64,000 bases of DNA from an uncultured Candidatus Woesearchaeota archaeon. GTDB taxonomy: Archaea > Nanobdellota > Nanobdellia > UBA10117. A model generated the notes under the pieces. The model did no database searches and was not told where the DNA came from. It saw nothing but the letters and a program-made list of their open reading frames with translations. Numbering within the stretch: position 1 is the first letter of the stretch; each line of letters starts with the position of its first letter. The position numbers were made by a program, and so were the translations under genes. The stretch spans positions 3,968 to 67,967 of the forward strand of contig CAIPHS010000005.1 in the NCBI GenBank assembly GCA_903864915.1, given 5' to 3'. Below are positions 27,366-37,340 of the stretch, in pieces.

Positions 27366-27902
27366 ATGGTAAACGATTTGGAAAGTGCTGTTCAAGAAAC
27401 CAAACCTAAAAAAGAGAATCTTAAGCAAGCCATTTACGTATACTTACAGGCATACTGCCAGCCTCCTGGAGAAGCGCCAATAGCACGACTGGAAGTTACC
27501 CAGGAAGGAATTACTCAGGCACTATACGGCATAAGTGAGCAGAGAGCTATGGGGGGTGTATGTAGAGCCCTTAACAAATTAGTAAACAAAGGCTTAGTCA
27601 AAAGACGCAAAACTGGAATTCCTGGCAAAAAGGCCCTGGTTTTCATATATTGGCTCGTTCGAGACAATAAGGAAATTTTAGAAACGCAACAAAGCTTCAA
27701 AACCCAAGAACTTCCAATCACAGAAGCGCGAAATCTTGCGGATAAACTTCTAGACATGGGATATAGTTTAGAATTAAAAGAACAATACCGGAGCGCCATG
27801 TCATTTTACAAGGCCGCTTTAGAATTATTTCCTGCTTCCCTTAGTGATGCAGATATTGCAAAGCATTATAGAAATGTCCTTGAAAAGATTTTGAGAAGGT
27901 GA
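27366..27902 (+). CDS. winged-HTH protein with C-terminal TPR-like helices
   Basis: VTQEGI...VCRALNKLVNKGLVKR; AMSFYKAALELFP. Confidence 0.65.
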   Translation: MVNDLESAVQETKPKKENLKQAIYVYLQAYCQPPGEAPIARLEVTQEGITQALYGISEQRAMGGVCRALNKLVNKGLVKRRKTGIPGKKALVFIYWLVRDNKEILETQQSFKTQELPITEARNLADKLLDMGYSLELKEQYRSAMSFYKAALELFPASLSDADIAKHYRNVLEKILRR

Positions 27903-27908
27903 TTAAAA

Positions 27909-28397
27909 ATGAAAAAACAAAATACTAAAGATCTGGAAACTAAACTCAAAGAGTGGGTACCTGGAGAAAAGACCAAATTAATCCACACAATTTTTGGTGA
28001 TGACTTACCCGATTATGCATGGTATGTATTTGAAGCTGGCGGCAAAGAAGAAGACTTTGATGCCAAAGACGCTGACGGCACAATCAAAAAAGAAATTAAT
28101 GCGCAGGTTGAAACTCCTGGTGATTGCGGCAGCATAGAAATTTATGAAGATACATATGCATTGGATAAAAAAGAAGCTGAAAAATATCAAAACCCACACA
28201 CATTAAGAATTCGTGATGCGAAGCAAATACCTGAAGAATTGAACTTTACTGGTTTTCATGCCAAACTATACTTAGTTAACTGCAGCGACCAGCAGCCTTA
28301 CGGAACTTCTCTAAATTTCTTTAGAAATACTGCATACTTTTCAAATTGGCCTCGAAAACGGGCTAGAGAGGCTGGCATGAAGGTGAAAATTCGCTGA
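27909..28397 (+). CDS. hypothetical protein
   Basis: AGGTGA RBS; co-oriented with the upstream gene. Confidence 0.65.
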   Translation: MKKQNTKDLETKLKEWVPGEKTKLIHTIFGDDLPDYAWYVFEAGGKEEDFDAKDADGTIKKEINAQVETPGDCGSIEIYEDTYALDKKEAEKYQNPHTLRIRDAKQIPEELNFTGFHAKLYLVNCSDQQPYGTSLNFFRNTAYFSNWPRKRAREAGMKVKIR

Positions 28398-28410
28398 CGG
28401 TAGGGAATTT

Positions 28411-28731
28411 CTATAATTTGCGGACTATTCCGTTTGTTGCATCAACTTCCACCAAATCGCCGTCTTTGAGAACTTTCGTTGCGTCTTTTGTCCTGACAAT
28501 ACAAGGCGTGCGGAACTCCCTGGCAATTATTGCGGCATGACATAGCATTCCACCCGTGTCAGTAACTATGGCTGCTGCTTTGGACATGGCGACAACAAAA
28601 TCAGGCCGTGTTTGAGGCGAAACTAATATGTCTCCACAATCCATCTTTGAAATATCCTTATCTTCTTTTATTATTTTGACTTTTCCCCTAACTAAACCCG
28701 GAAAAGCTACCAAACCCCTTAACTCAATCAT
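28411..28731 (-). CDS. stand-alone PEP-utilising mobile (phospho-His) domain
   Basis: TDTGGMLCHAAIIAREF...VEVDATNG. Confidence 0.9.
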   Translation of the reverse strand: MIELRGLVAFPGLVRGKVKIIKEDKDISKMDCGDILVSPQTRPDFVVAMSKAAAIVTDTGGMLCHAAIIAREFRTPCIVRTKDATKVLKDGDLVEVDATNGIVRKL

Positions 28732-29713
28732 TTAGACCTCCAACGAACCTAAAGCCTTTTTCATCTCTCACACAAGTGTAACCTTTGTTCATTCTGAAAT
28801 CTATAGCTTTGTTTAGTTTCGATAAACTCAACTCTCCACTAAAAACTGCTTCTATTTCTTCAGGAAGAAGCCAGTTTATCTTGTTTTGGACATAACTTAA
28901 GTCATCGTTTTTTAGTTTTATCTGCTTCGAAATGAATTTATACAGAGTAGTTAGATTAAATTCAGCTTGCATTGTGGTAGCATCATTCCAATTTATCCAA
29001 TAAATTATTTTTCTCATCAAATCAACTTTTGATTTGCACTTGGTGTCTACCTTCTCCATAATTTTATGCTGTAATTTCCTATTTAACTCTGCAGCACTCT
29101 CCATCTTCGAACAAATGTTCTTTATGTGCTCCACAGGTTCGCTTAGCATTTGCTTAAGGCCTGGCAACCAGCCAAACTTTTCAAGAGCTTCCTGCTTTCT
29201 ATTTTGGAGAATTAAATGTAGCGCTTCATGGAGGGATTCACCTGGCTCACTATCAACCGGCATTGTTAGCAAGTCAAAATCTGATTCGCCTATTTGCTTC
29301 AGATTTTCCTTCAAATAAGCCAATAAAGTGTCACTAATGTCAAACAAAATATAGCAATAACGGGTGTTTGAAATTGCTTTCCTGTATTTTTTTAAGAGTT
29401 TTATAAAATTTTTAGAGGTGGGCTTTGTTTTTTTGATTTCTTGGCTAACTTTAAGCAAGGAATCCCATGCAGAATAAGCATCGCCAACAATTTTCACTAA
29501 AAACTGTTCATCTTTAATAATCAGCTCTTTCAACCTTTTAGAGATTAATTTCGCGTGATCTGCAGACTCGAATATTTTGAACGTAGTGACTTTGATAAAA
29601 TAATCTTTGCTGGCGGCTTTTATGGACCGTAGCGTATTTACCGCTCCTTGTACCCGATAATAACCAAAAACTAGCGGAAGGGTACCGCTCACTGCAAATT
29701 TCCACTTAACCAT
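28724..29713 (-). CDS. helical protein coupled to the PEP-mobile domain gene
   Basis: FGWL, WLLPEEI; stop overlaps the next start. Confidence 0.7.
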   Translation of the reverse strand: MVKWKFAVSGTLPLVFGYYRVQGAVNTLRSIKAASKDYFIKVTTFKIFESADHAKLISKRLKELIIKDEQFLVKIVGDAYSAWDSLLKVSQEIKKTKPTSKNFIKLLKKYRKAISNTRYCYILFDISDTLLAYLKENLKQIGESDFDLLTMPVDSEPGESLHEALHLILQNRKQEALEKFGWLPGLKQMLSEPVEHIKNICSKMESAAELNRKLQHKIMEKVDTKCKSKVDLMRKIIYWINWNDATTMQAEFNLTTLYKFISKQIKLKNDDLSYVQNKINWLLPEEIEAVFSGELSLSKLNKAIDFRMNKGYTCVRDEKGFRFVGGLND

Positions 29714-29872
29714 ACAAAAAATAAGCTGCGACCAATATTAAATCTAACTAATTGTTTCTTATAGTTAGAAAAGACTTATAAAATACTGATTTTGTTTTGG
29801 GCTAGCGAAATGCACCTGGAACCTGAACCCGAATGAGTTCGCTGAGTTCTGGAAGTTCGCAACAAAGGAGAA

Positions 29873-30118
29873 ATGAACAAAATGGCAAGAGTTGAATACG
29901 ATACCCTAAAAGCGGAAGAAGTGAAATTTGGAAGGAACTCCTTCATAGAAATTGCCCGAAAGGTCGCAAAGACTGAGGAAGGCGAAAACGAGTTTGTTGC
30001 TATCTCAAAAGGCTTCTACATGCCTGAGGGGACCGGCAAGAGATTCAGGCAATCTATAGCATTGCCAAAAGAACCTGAAACATTAAAGCAAATTGCTAAG
30101 ATACTTGAGGGCATTTAA
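29873..30118 (+). CDS. small putative nucleic-acid-binding protein (PC4/PUR-like)
   Basis: beta-beta-beta-alpha pattern ENEFVAISKG...RFRQSIALP; AAGGAG RBS. Confidence 0.6.
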   Translation: MNKMARVEYDTLKAEEVKFGRNSFIEIARKVAKTEEGENEFVAISKGFYMPEGTGKRFRQSIALPKEPETLKQIAKILEGI

Positions 30119-30136
30119 GCCCTTTTTATTTTCTTT
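30108..30136 (+). terminator. hairpin plus T-tract terminator
   Basis: AGGGC-atttaa-GCCCT followed by TTTTATTTTCTTT. Confidence 0.55.
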
Positions 30137-30225
30137 ATATAACTATCATTATTTATGATACATACTATCACAGAACTATCTCAATTCGTAAGCCTTTTAA
30201 AACAACAATTTGAGTTGATTTTGAA

Positions 30226-30672
30226 ATGGCAGACTTCAAAAGCAGACATCAGGAAATTGCTGGGCTACAAGAGAGCTCCGAAAGCTTCAACCTTGCTATT
30301 GCGGGTTCAGAACAAAGCATAATCGACGATGCAAAAGAACTCACTGATGTTCTCTTTTCAGAAGGTGAGCAATTCTGCTTCCCTGAGCTGGTCAGAACCA
30401 CACAGGATGTTCACGAAGACCTAGACATTGGAAATTCCAAGGATGCATTGACAAAGCTAAAATCTTACTTCACAAAAGGCATGCTGGCTGGGGCACAAAC
30501 CGAGGCCGACGTCTATGATTTGCTGGGTGACCAGCCCTCTGGCGCCTATGAAATCAACATGGAAGACGTTGCCGAAAAGCACGTCGCGCTCTTCAAAATC
30601 TTTCAGAGCTTAAACAAGCTGGATAAGAAGGGAAAAACTGCAACTGGCTACACCAGAATGTACGAGCGATAA
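30226..30672 (+). CDS. acidic hypothetical protein
   Basis: 148-aa ORF; TTTTAAAA box upstream. Confidence 0.65.
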   Translation: MADFKSRHQEIAGLQESSESFNLAIAGSEQSIIDDAKELTDVLFSEGEQFCFPELVRTTQDVHEDLDIGNSKDALTKLKSYFTKGMLAGAQTEADVYDLLGDQPSGAYEINMEDVAEKHVALFKIFQSLNKLDKKGKTATGYTRMYER

Positions 30673-30673
30673 A

Positions 30674-30994
30674 ATGTGCACATTAAATGATTATGCGGCA
30701 ATGAAAACAGCAATGAGCGCTGCAAAGGATGTCGACCAGTATGATGCAATGTTACAAAGATTGCAGGATGGCGAAAGCATAACATTACCTACTACAAAAT
30801 ACTTTGGAGTCCAGACGCCGAAAGGAAAGGAATCTGGCGCTTACATGACATCAGATGATCCAAACCCTCTACCAGACCAAACAGACAAGGTAGGCTTAAT
30901 AGCAGACATGGCTAACGCTAATATGGATGTGTGTGAACCGAAAGTTGCACTAAAAGAAGCCCTGAAAATTCAAACCCTGGACGACAAATTCTGA
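30674..30994 (+). CDS. acidic hypothetical protein (may be a frameshifted continuation of the upstream ORF)
   Basis: Starts 1 nt after the upstream stop; frame is open from 30614. Confidence 0.55.
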   Translation: MCTLNDYAAMKTAMSAAKDVDQYDAMLQRLQDGESITLPTTKYFGVQTPKGKESGAYMTSDDPNPLPDQTDKVGLIADMANANMDVCEPKVALKEALKIQTLDDKF

Positions 30995-31084
30995 AAACAT
31001 GTTTTTCTATAATATTCTATTAATGTTTTGGCAAAGCTTCGACACTATCAAAGGTGCGATGGGCTTTAGAGTTGCCATTGTCGC

Positions 31085-33361
31085 TTAATTTAGTCTAATT
31101 ATATTATTCCCGACTTCTGCCAGCTTTTCTTCATGCGTTACAATAAACAACTGCTCCAGGAATTCCGGCAGGTGTTCCTGCAGCGCCATCATAAAAGAAC
31201 TAATGGCTGCATCATCAAGGTTATGGGTTGGCTCATCAAGGATCAAGATGTTGAATTCTGGCGCCAGCACTTTTGCAAACGCCAGTCTTAATACTAACGC
31301 GGCAAGCATCCTTTCCCCGCCTGAAGCAAAGCCTGCGACATTTACCCATATCCCTTCTGAAGTCCTTAATTGCAACGTATAATCTATATCAGAAGCCTCA
31401 AGATGTATTGAAGTCCACTTTTCGTAAGGATACAGCTTGCTCCAGAGTGAAGACATGACTTCATTGACAGCAGTTATCAGCTCTTTTCTCAATAATTCCT
31501 GCGCTACCAGCAAGGCACTCCTGAACTGCTGCAAAAACTCAACTTTTTTCTGCAGCTGCGCCATGTCAAGCAGCAATTGTTCGGACTGATTCTGCTTCTT
31601 TATCAGTTCAGACAAGTGCTTATGCTTTTCATCAAGCACATAATCAAGCGATTTCTGCCGTTCATTAAGTGCCATGAACTGCTCGAACTTCTTCCGGAAG
31701 TTTGAATCGGCGGTTTCCAAAACATTGTTGTCTGGTCTTGTGGATAATTTTGCCTGCACTTCTGTCAATTGCGATTCAAATTGCTGCAGCTGTTCCTTTA
31801 ATTCAGCCAAGTGCAATTGTTCCCGCAGTTCAGAGTCTTCTTTCCTCAAGTCCCGCAGTGCGCGCTCAGCACTCTCCAATTCAGACTTGCTTTTCTCAAT
31901 TTCCTGTGTTGAACTTTCAATCTTGCCTTTTGTAGATTCGAATATGGCTTGGTAAGTAGAATGCTGCTTCACCCAATCGGGCTCTTTTTTGAGTTCAGAA
32001 AGCAATTCATCTCGCTGTTCGATAAAATCATCTAATTTGTCTTTTCTGGCAGCAAGTTCTTTTCTCCGGATTGCTGCGCTTTCAATCTTGCCTGCCAATA
32101 CTGATATTGACGATTCCCTTTCGGCAACCAATTTCTCCTTTGTACCTTCTTCCAGCGCCCGCGAGCAGATTGGGCAGGCATTTTTTGCAGATTTCAACTC
32201 TTCCAGATGCTTTTTCAAAAACCTGGTTTCACTTTCTGCAGAAGAGATATCCTTTTCCTGTTCCTTTATCTCCGATTCCACCATTTCCAGTTCGCTCTTT
32301 GCATCTTCTGCACCAAATCTCTGCGTCAACTGCTCAAGCTCCAGTTTATATGCTGAAATTTTTTCCAGTTGTATCTTTGCATCTGATAATTTGCTCTCGG
32401 CAACACTTGATTCCCTTCCAGAAATCATCAAGCTCTTGTTCAAGCTATCGAGGGCTTTGTTAAGCTCGAATCTTGTGGTTTCAAAAGAAGCTAATTTGCT
32501 CTTCAACCCATCTAGTTGGACAATTATCTCCGCCTGCGGCCTGATGGGCTCTTTCAACCTGAGCTTTATCTCGTTAATTTGTGCAATGTAAAACTTCTGT
32601 CTTTCCTCAATTCTTGTAAAAGCAGCAAATTTTACTTTCAATTCTTTTAATTCCGATTCTGCATCAAGCTTTTCCCTCTGCGCAGACGCAATCTTGTTAG
32701 ATATTGCATCTTTCTCTTCAGATATCAGAGAAATCTCATTCTGAAGAGAATCAATCTGCGTTTTGAGTTTGTCAACCTCGAAATTTTTAAGCAAATTCTC
32801 TTTCTCGTCCTTTCTGGATGCAATTTTATTCGCTAATGATACGCAGCTTCTCCTTGCAGCCTCGAATTTATGCACGCCCATCAGTTCATCCAATCTTGTT
32901 TTTCTCTCCTGCGGGTTCAATTGCAGGAACAAATCAATCTCATTCTGCTTTGCGTACACTGTTCTGAGAAAAGTATCTTCATCCAGTTTCAAAATATTCT
33001 TCAGGAAAGCTGTCACCTGTGTTGAATTTGTGCCTGCAAGCATGACACCGTCAGCATCCCGGACTGTGGCTTCAGTGCCCTTGCTGTTGATGATGCGCTG
33101 AATCTGGAAAACCTTGTCTGCTGCATCCAGTTTAAGTTCTATGGATGCCTGCGTACCGGAGTTCCTCTTAACAAGCTCAGAGACCTTAACGTCCCTTCTT
33201 TTCACCTCTGGAACACTTCCAAATAACGCGAAACAGATGGCCTGCAGCACGGATGATTTGCCAGAGCCCATTGGCCCTACTAGGACATTAATGCCTGGCT
33301 TGAAGTCCAGCTCTGTCTCTGTGTGTGACTTCCAGTTCTGCAGCTTGATTTTACTAATCAT
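31085..33361 (-). CDS. rad50: Rad50 ATPase
   Basis: GPMGSGKSS, Q-loop, coiled coil with CPIC zinc hook, SGGE, LDEPT. Confidence 0.95.
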   Translation of the reverse strand: MISKIKLQNWKSHTETELDFKPGINVLVGPMGSGKSSVLQAICFALFGSVPEVKRRDVKVSELVKRNSGTQASIELKLDAADKVFQIQRIINSKGTEATVRDADGVMLAGTNSTQVTAFLKNILKLDEDTFLRTVYAKQNEIDLFLQLNPQERKTRLDELMGVHKFEAARRSCVSLANKIASRKDEKENLLKNFEVDKLKTQIDSLQNEISLISEEKDAISNKIASAQREKLDAESELKELKVKFAAFTRIEERQKFYIAQINEIKLRLKEPIRPQAEIIVQLDGLKSKLASFETTRFELNKALDSLNKSLMISGRESSVAESKLSDAKIQLEKISAYKLELEQLTQRFGAEDAKSELEMVESEIKEQEKDISSAESETRFLKKHLEELKSAKNACPICSRALEEGTKEKLVAERESSISVLAGKIESAAIRRKELAARKDKLDDFIEQRDELLSELKKEPDWVKQHSTYQAIFESTKGKIESSTQEIEKSKSELESAERALRDLRKEDSELREQLHLAELKEQLQQFESQLTEVQAKLSTRPDNNVLETADSNFRKKFEQFMALNERQKSLDYVLDEKHKHLSELIKKQNQSEQLLLDMAQLQKKVEFLQQFRSALLVAQELLRKELITAVNEVMSSLWSKLYPYEKWTSIHLEASDIDYTLQLRTSEGIWVNVAGFASGGERMLAALVLRLAFAKVLAPEFNILILDEPTHNLDDAAISSFMMALQEHLPEFLEQLFIVTHEEKLAEVGNNIIRLN

Positions 33362-34581
33362 AGTAATTCTTCCGCTTTCTCCAGCTCATTTTCTGCCAGG
33401 CAATTGAACAGCTGCTCAAGCTTTTGCATGTCGACAGGCACTGGCAGGTTATCTTTGATCAATTTCAGGCCCATCTGGTCTGCTGAAATCTTCTTTTCCT
33501 TCAAATCCTGCAGGAGAGTGGTCTTTGCTGCTGCCTCGACAGTTGTAAGGTCAGACTTGTCAATGTCCAGGATTGCTTTTCCTGCAAAATCCTTGTAAAT
33601 CTGCGACAAATTAATATCTGCTGTGCTGAAACCAGGTGCAATCGTCCCCTTGACTTTGACTCTAATCATCGGCTTCTGGCTTTGCACTAATGAAACTGCT
33701 TTTGCAACAGCCTGATGGATTGTAAACTGGATTTCTGCAGGCTTCTTTTCCCTAACTTCAACCAGACAGTAATGTGCGGGCCTTATACGTATGGGTTTGA
33801 ATGAAATGTCGCGCAGTTTTTTCTCAGGCGGCAAATCTATTATGAAAAATCCCTTCTCAGCTGTAGATTCTTTCTGGTTCAGCTGCGTTATGACTGTGGA
33901 GCCAGGTATGAGGATTGGTGCTTTTGTCTTTGGATGCTGTTCCTCAACGCGCCAATGATAATGGCCTGCGAGATAGAAGTCAAACTTTTCCGGCAAGTCT
34001 GCGAATTTTATCGCATTTGTATCAACAGGCATTAACTCTGCCAGATTCTGGTGCAGCATCAAGAAATTGTGCGCATTTTCAAACGGCTCGGGCTTCCAGC
34101 TTAACAATGCATCCCGCGCATAATCTTCCGGCACTCCTGATAAACCGTGAATGCCTATCTTCTCATATCCTATTTCGAGCAGAATAGATTCTGCATGCAG
34201 TAAAGTAATGAGGCCTGCCTTTTCTAAAATCTGTGCAGGATTAGTGCTGTTGGTGTGTCTTCGTTCGTGCGTGCCCCATATGCCAACAACTGCTGGAATA
34301 AGCTCCTTTTTTTCAATAACCTGCTTGTCTTTTGTGACTCTTTTAACGACGCTGACTTTTTTCAGCTTCTTGCTCAGGTAATCAAAAAGCTCGATTGCCC
34401 TTCCAAGTATCTCCTGCCTGGGCAGCTTTTCATGGAAGATATCACCCGCAAGCAAAAATAAATCTGGCTTTTCCTTCAGGGCCAGATCAAAGGCCTGCCT
34501 GGCATTTTCAAAGCTCTCCTCCTGTCTCTCAGTGCCATAAGCAAAGCCGAGATGTAAGTCTGAGAGGAAAGCTATTTTCAT
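33358..34581 (-). CDS. mre11: Mre11 nuclease
   Basis: SDLHLG, AGDIF, GTHE, LHQ, GHYH, PGS. Confidence 0.95.
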   Translation of the reverse strand: MKIAFLSDLHLGFAYGTERQEESFENARQAFDLALKEKPDLFLLAGDIFHEKLPRQEILGRAIELFDYLSKKLKKVSVVKRVTKDKQVIEKKELIPAVVGIWGTHERRHTNSTNPAQILEKAGLITLLHAESILLEIGYEKIGIHGLSGVPEDYARDALLSWKPEPFENAHNFLMLHQNLAELMPVDTNAIKFADLPEKFDFYLAGHYHWRVEEQHPKTKAPILIPGSTVITQLNQKESTAEKGFFIIDLPPEKKLRDISFKPIRIRPAHYCLVEVREKKPAEIQFTIHQAVAKAVSLVQSQKPMIRVKVKGTIAPGFSTADINLSQIYKDFAGKAILDIDKSDLTTVEAAAKTTLLQDLKEKKISADQMGLKLIKDNLPVPVDMQKLEQLFNCLAENELEKAEELL

Positions 34582-34684
34582 GTCACTTTATATGAGCAAA
34601 ATAACTTATATGTATTTATTTGGAACAGCATACATCCGGATTTTTTTCCAAAATGTTTTTTAAGCTATAGATTCAAGGACTAAT

Positions 34685-35365
34685 ATGGAACACACATCTA
34701 ATCTAGACATAAAATTTGATGTTCCGAACACCTATTTCGGAGTTTGTGTGATAAATGGCCCAAAGATTAAAAGTTCTGACCATTCTTTAAATGATCTTGA
34801 ACAAGTGGTCTTTCAGGAAGTAAAACTTCGCTTTCCTCTAAACGAACTGGCGAACAACCCAGTAATAAGAAATTTCAGGGATCTTTATAGTTCATATGGG
34901 ATGGATCCCACTAAAGACAGAATAGCTTCTGAAGCGTTGATACGCAGAATACATTCCGGGCAGAATTTATGGCGAGTTAACAACGTAATAGATGCCATGA
35001 ATCTGGCTTCGGCACTCTACGGCTTGCCAATAGGCGTTATGGATTACCACAAGATTAACTTTCCGATAACGGTTCGAAAAGCCAATGTAGGAGAACCATT
35101 CGTTAAAATTGGAGGAAAGACTGTAAATTGCAGCGGAAAGGAAATAGTTGTTGCAGATAACGAAAAAATTCTGGATTTTGGTTTTGCCACGGCAGATACA
35201 GATCTTGCCAAAGTTACAGACAAAACAAAAGACTTGCTTATCGTAGTTTATGCCACTGATTCCATTGAAAAGACATATGTCAACAAAGCGTTAGATGATG
35301 TTATAAGTTTCATAACTCGTTTTGCAGGCGGAGAGGTTGCCTTGCGATATTTGACTAAAAAGTAA
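34685..35365 (+). CDS. stand-alone B3/B4 (PheRS-beta editing-like) domain protein
   Basis: DPTKDRIASEALIRR, VNNVIDAMNLAS, PIGVMD. Confidence 0.88.
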   Translation: MEHTSNLDIKFDVPNTYFGVCVINGPKIKSSDHSLNDLEQVVFQEVKLRFPLNELANNPVIRNFRDLYSSYGMDPTKDRIASEALIRRIHSGQNLWRVNNVIDAMNLASALYGLPIGVMDYHKINFPITVRKANVGEPFVKIGGKTVNCSGKEIVVADNEKILDFGFATADTDLAKVTDKTKDLLIVVYATDSIEKTYVNKALDDVISFITRFAGGEVALRYLTKK

Positions 35366-35470
35366 AAACAAAGCGGTTTTTAATCTCAAGCTCCCATGTC
35401 AGTTTCGTCTTTTTGACGAAAAAAAGCGATAAACTCTTTTAAAGTTTTTTTGCAATATACTGTATTAAGA

Positions 35471-37288
35471 ATGGACATCCTTGAGAACAGAGTAATATTG
35501 AAGCCAGACTCAAATAGAAAGAAAATTAGCTGTGAAATTGAGCAAAATTCTCTAAACCCCTCAAAATACAGAGCAAACGACAAAAATGTGTTATTAGTGG
35601 TGCCTGCTTATACGCGAATCGAGAGACCTTTAGAACTTATCCGAGAAAATTTGCGAAAAGAAAGCGAAATCAGGCCAGCATACCGTACTTCCGGAAGTCT
35701 TGATGCTGACGAAAAACTAATAGATGTATTAGAAAAGAATGGAGTAACTCGCTTGAAAGAGATGAAAAGGGCTGGCCTTCCTATGGGTCTTTTAAGAGTT
35801 GGGACTGCCGCAAAAAGGGAAGGATATAATGTGCAAATCATTGATGCTGTTTTTGAGGGTTGGAACAATGATAAATTTTATTTCAAAGCTTCAAACGGCA
35901 GCGAAATATACCATTATGGTCTCGATGATGCTGATTTAGAACGTAAAATCCGTGAAGCTAATCCTGCAGTCATTGGAATTTCCATTGACTACACACATCA
36001 ATGGGGAAATGCGCGAAGGGTTGCAGATATTGCCAAATCTGTTGATTCAGGCGTACCGGTTATAATGGGTGGAGCGCATGCAACAGGATTACCTGCAGAC
36101 ATATTGTTAGATTCGCCAACCGATTATGTAGTTTTAAGACAAGGCGACATCACATTCACCAAACTTTTAGATGTACTCACAGGCAAATCAACTAAAAAAT
36201 TGGAAGATTTGGAAGGCATAGCTTTCAAAAAAGACGGCCAGGTAATCAAAACCAAAGATAGGAAGTTCATAAAAGATATCGAACTGATAGGCACCCCAGA
36301 CTACTCTTTCCTGAATCTACCGACATACAGCGGACCTTATCATTCTGGTGGAGAAAGAAAGGTTAAGGATGGGAACATAGTCTATGGATTTACAACGCTC
36401 GGATGCAACACTCGATGCACTTTCTGCACAATTCCTCGCGTCCAAGGCCCATGGATACGCATGAATAATGACTTGTTAGAAAAACACCTTCAAAATATAA
36501 CTTCACTAGGGGTTAAAGAATACATTGTAGAAGATGATCATCTACTTCACGATCCTGCATGGGCGATGGAAGTATTTGATTTACTCAAAAAATACAAATT
36601 GCCTTGGTTTGAAGAAGGTGGCATTGGCCTTTACAGTCTAATTGCTTTGTTAGAGAACGTTGATGAAAAAACGCTCTCAGACAATAGACACAATAAAATC
36701 ATTTATGAGCACGTGCTTAAAGCAAAACAAAACGGTCTAACAACCAAACAACTAATTAGAAGCATGGCTCAAAGCGGATGCTATAGTGTTTATCTTGCCG
36801 TAGAAAGTGCCAACGCTGATTCGCTAAGTACCGCAAATAAACCAAAAGTAAACGCTATGCAATCCCACACTCAGGAAGTCGTGGGATTATTCGATAAAAA
36901 CAACATAAACGCGACTGTTGGACTAATGCTGGGCTTTGTTAACCCTATCGGCGATGGCGAATTTATAGAAACACGAAGTCAAATAAACAATTCGATCAAA
37001 TACGGCCAGTTTCTAAAAGGCTCTGGCGCAGCATTTGTGAATCCATTCATCTTCACACCTTTGCCAGGAGCGCCACATTTTAGCAGATTAGAAAAATACG
37101 CCACGAAAAATACTGATGAGGGCTATTCACACGAATTCTGTACAGTAAATATGAGAAATAACGAATGGTCTATGGACGAAATGAACTTATTGAGAGTAAG
37201 AGCACTAGTTGAAGGCAATGGTCTCTCAAACTACATGGAAACTTTAAGAACTGGAACATGGGCAGTTCGTAACAAAATTAACCAATAA
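35471..37288 (+). CDS. cobalamin-binding radical SAM protein
   Basis: PMGL, IGIS, MGGAHAT, GCNTRCTFC, EDD, AVES, TPLPG. Confidence 0.9.
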   Translation: MDILENRVILKPDSNRKKISCEIEQNSLNPSKYRANDKNVLLVVPAYTRIERPLELIRENLRKESEIRPAYRTSGSLDADEKLIDVLEKNGVTRLKEMKRAGLPMGLLRVGTAAKREGYNVQIIDAVFEGWNNDKFYFKASNGSEIYHYGLDDADLERKIREANPAVIGISIDYTHQWGNARRVADIAKSVDSGVPVIMGGAHATGLPADILLDSPTDYVVLRQGDITFTKLLDVLTGKSTKKLEDLEGIAFKKDGQVIKTKDRKFIKDIELIGTPDYSFLNLPTYSGPYHSGGERKVKDGNIVYGFTTLGCNTRCTFCTIPRVQGPWIRMNNDLLEKHLQNITSLGVKEYIVEDDHLLHDPAWAMEVFDLLKKYKLPWFEEGGIGLYSLIALLENVDEKTLSDNRHNKIIYEHVLKAKQNGLTTKQLIRSMAQSGCYSVYLAVESANADSLSTANKPKVNAMQSHTQEVVGLFDKNNINATVGLMLGFVNPIGDGEFIETRSQINNSIKYGQFLKGSGAAFVNPFIFTPLPGAPHFSRLEKYATKNTDEGYSHEFCTVNMRNNEWSMDEMNLLRVRALVEGNGLSNYMETLRTGTWAVRNKINQ

Positions 37289-37340
37289 CACTTACCTAAA
37301 ATTTTAAAAGGGGTTTTAGTATTATAATGAAGGAATTAAT

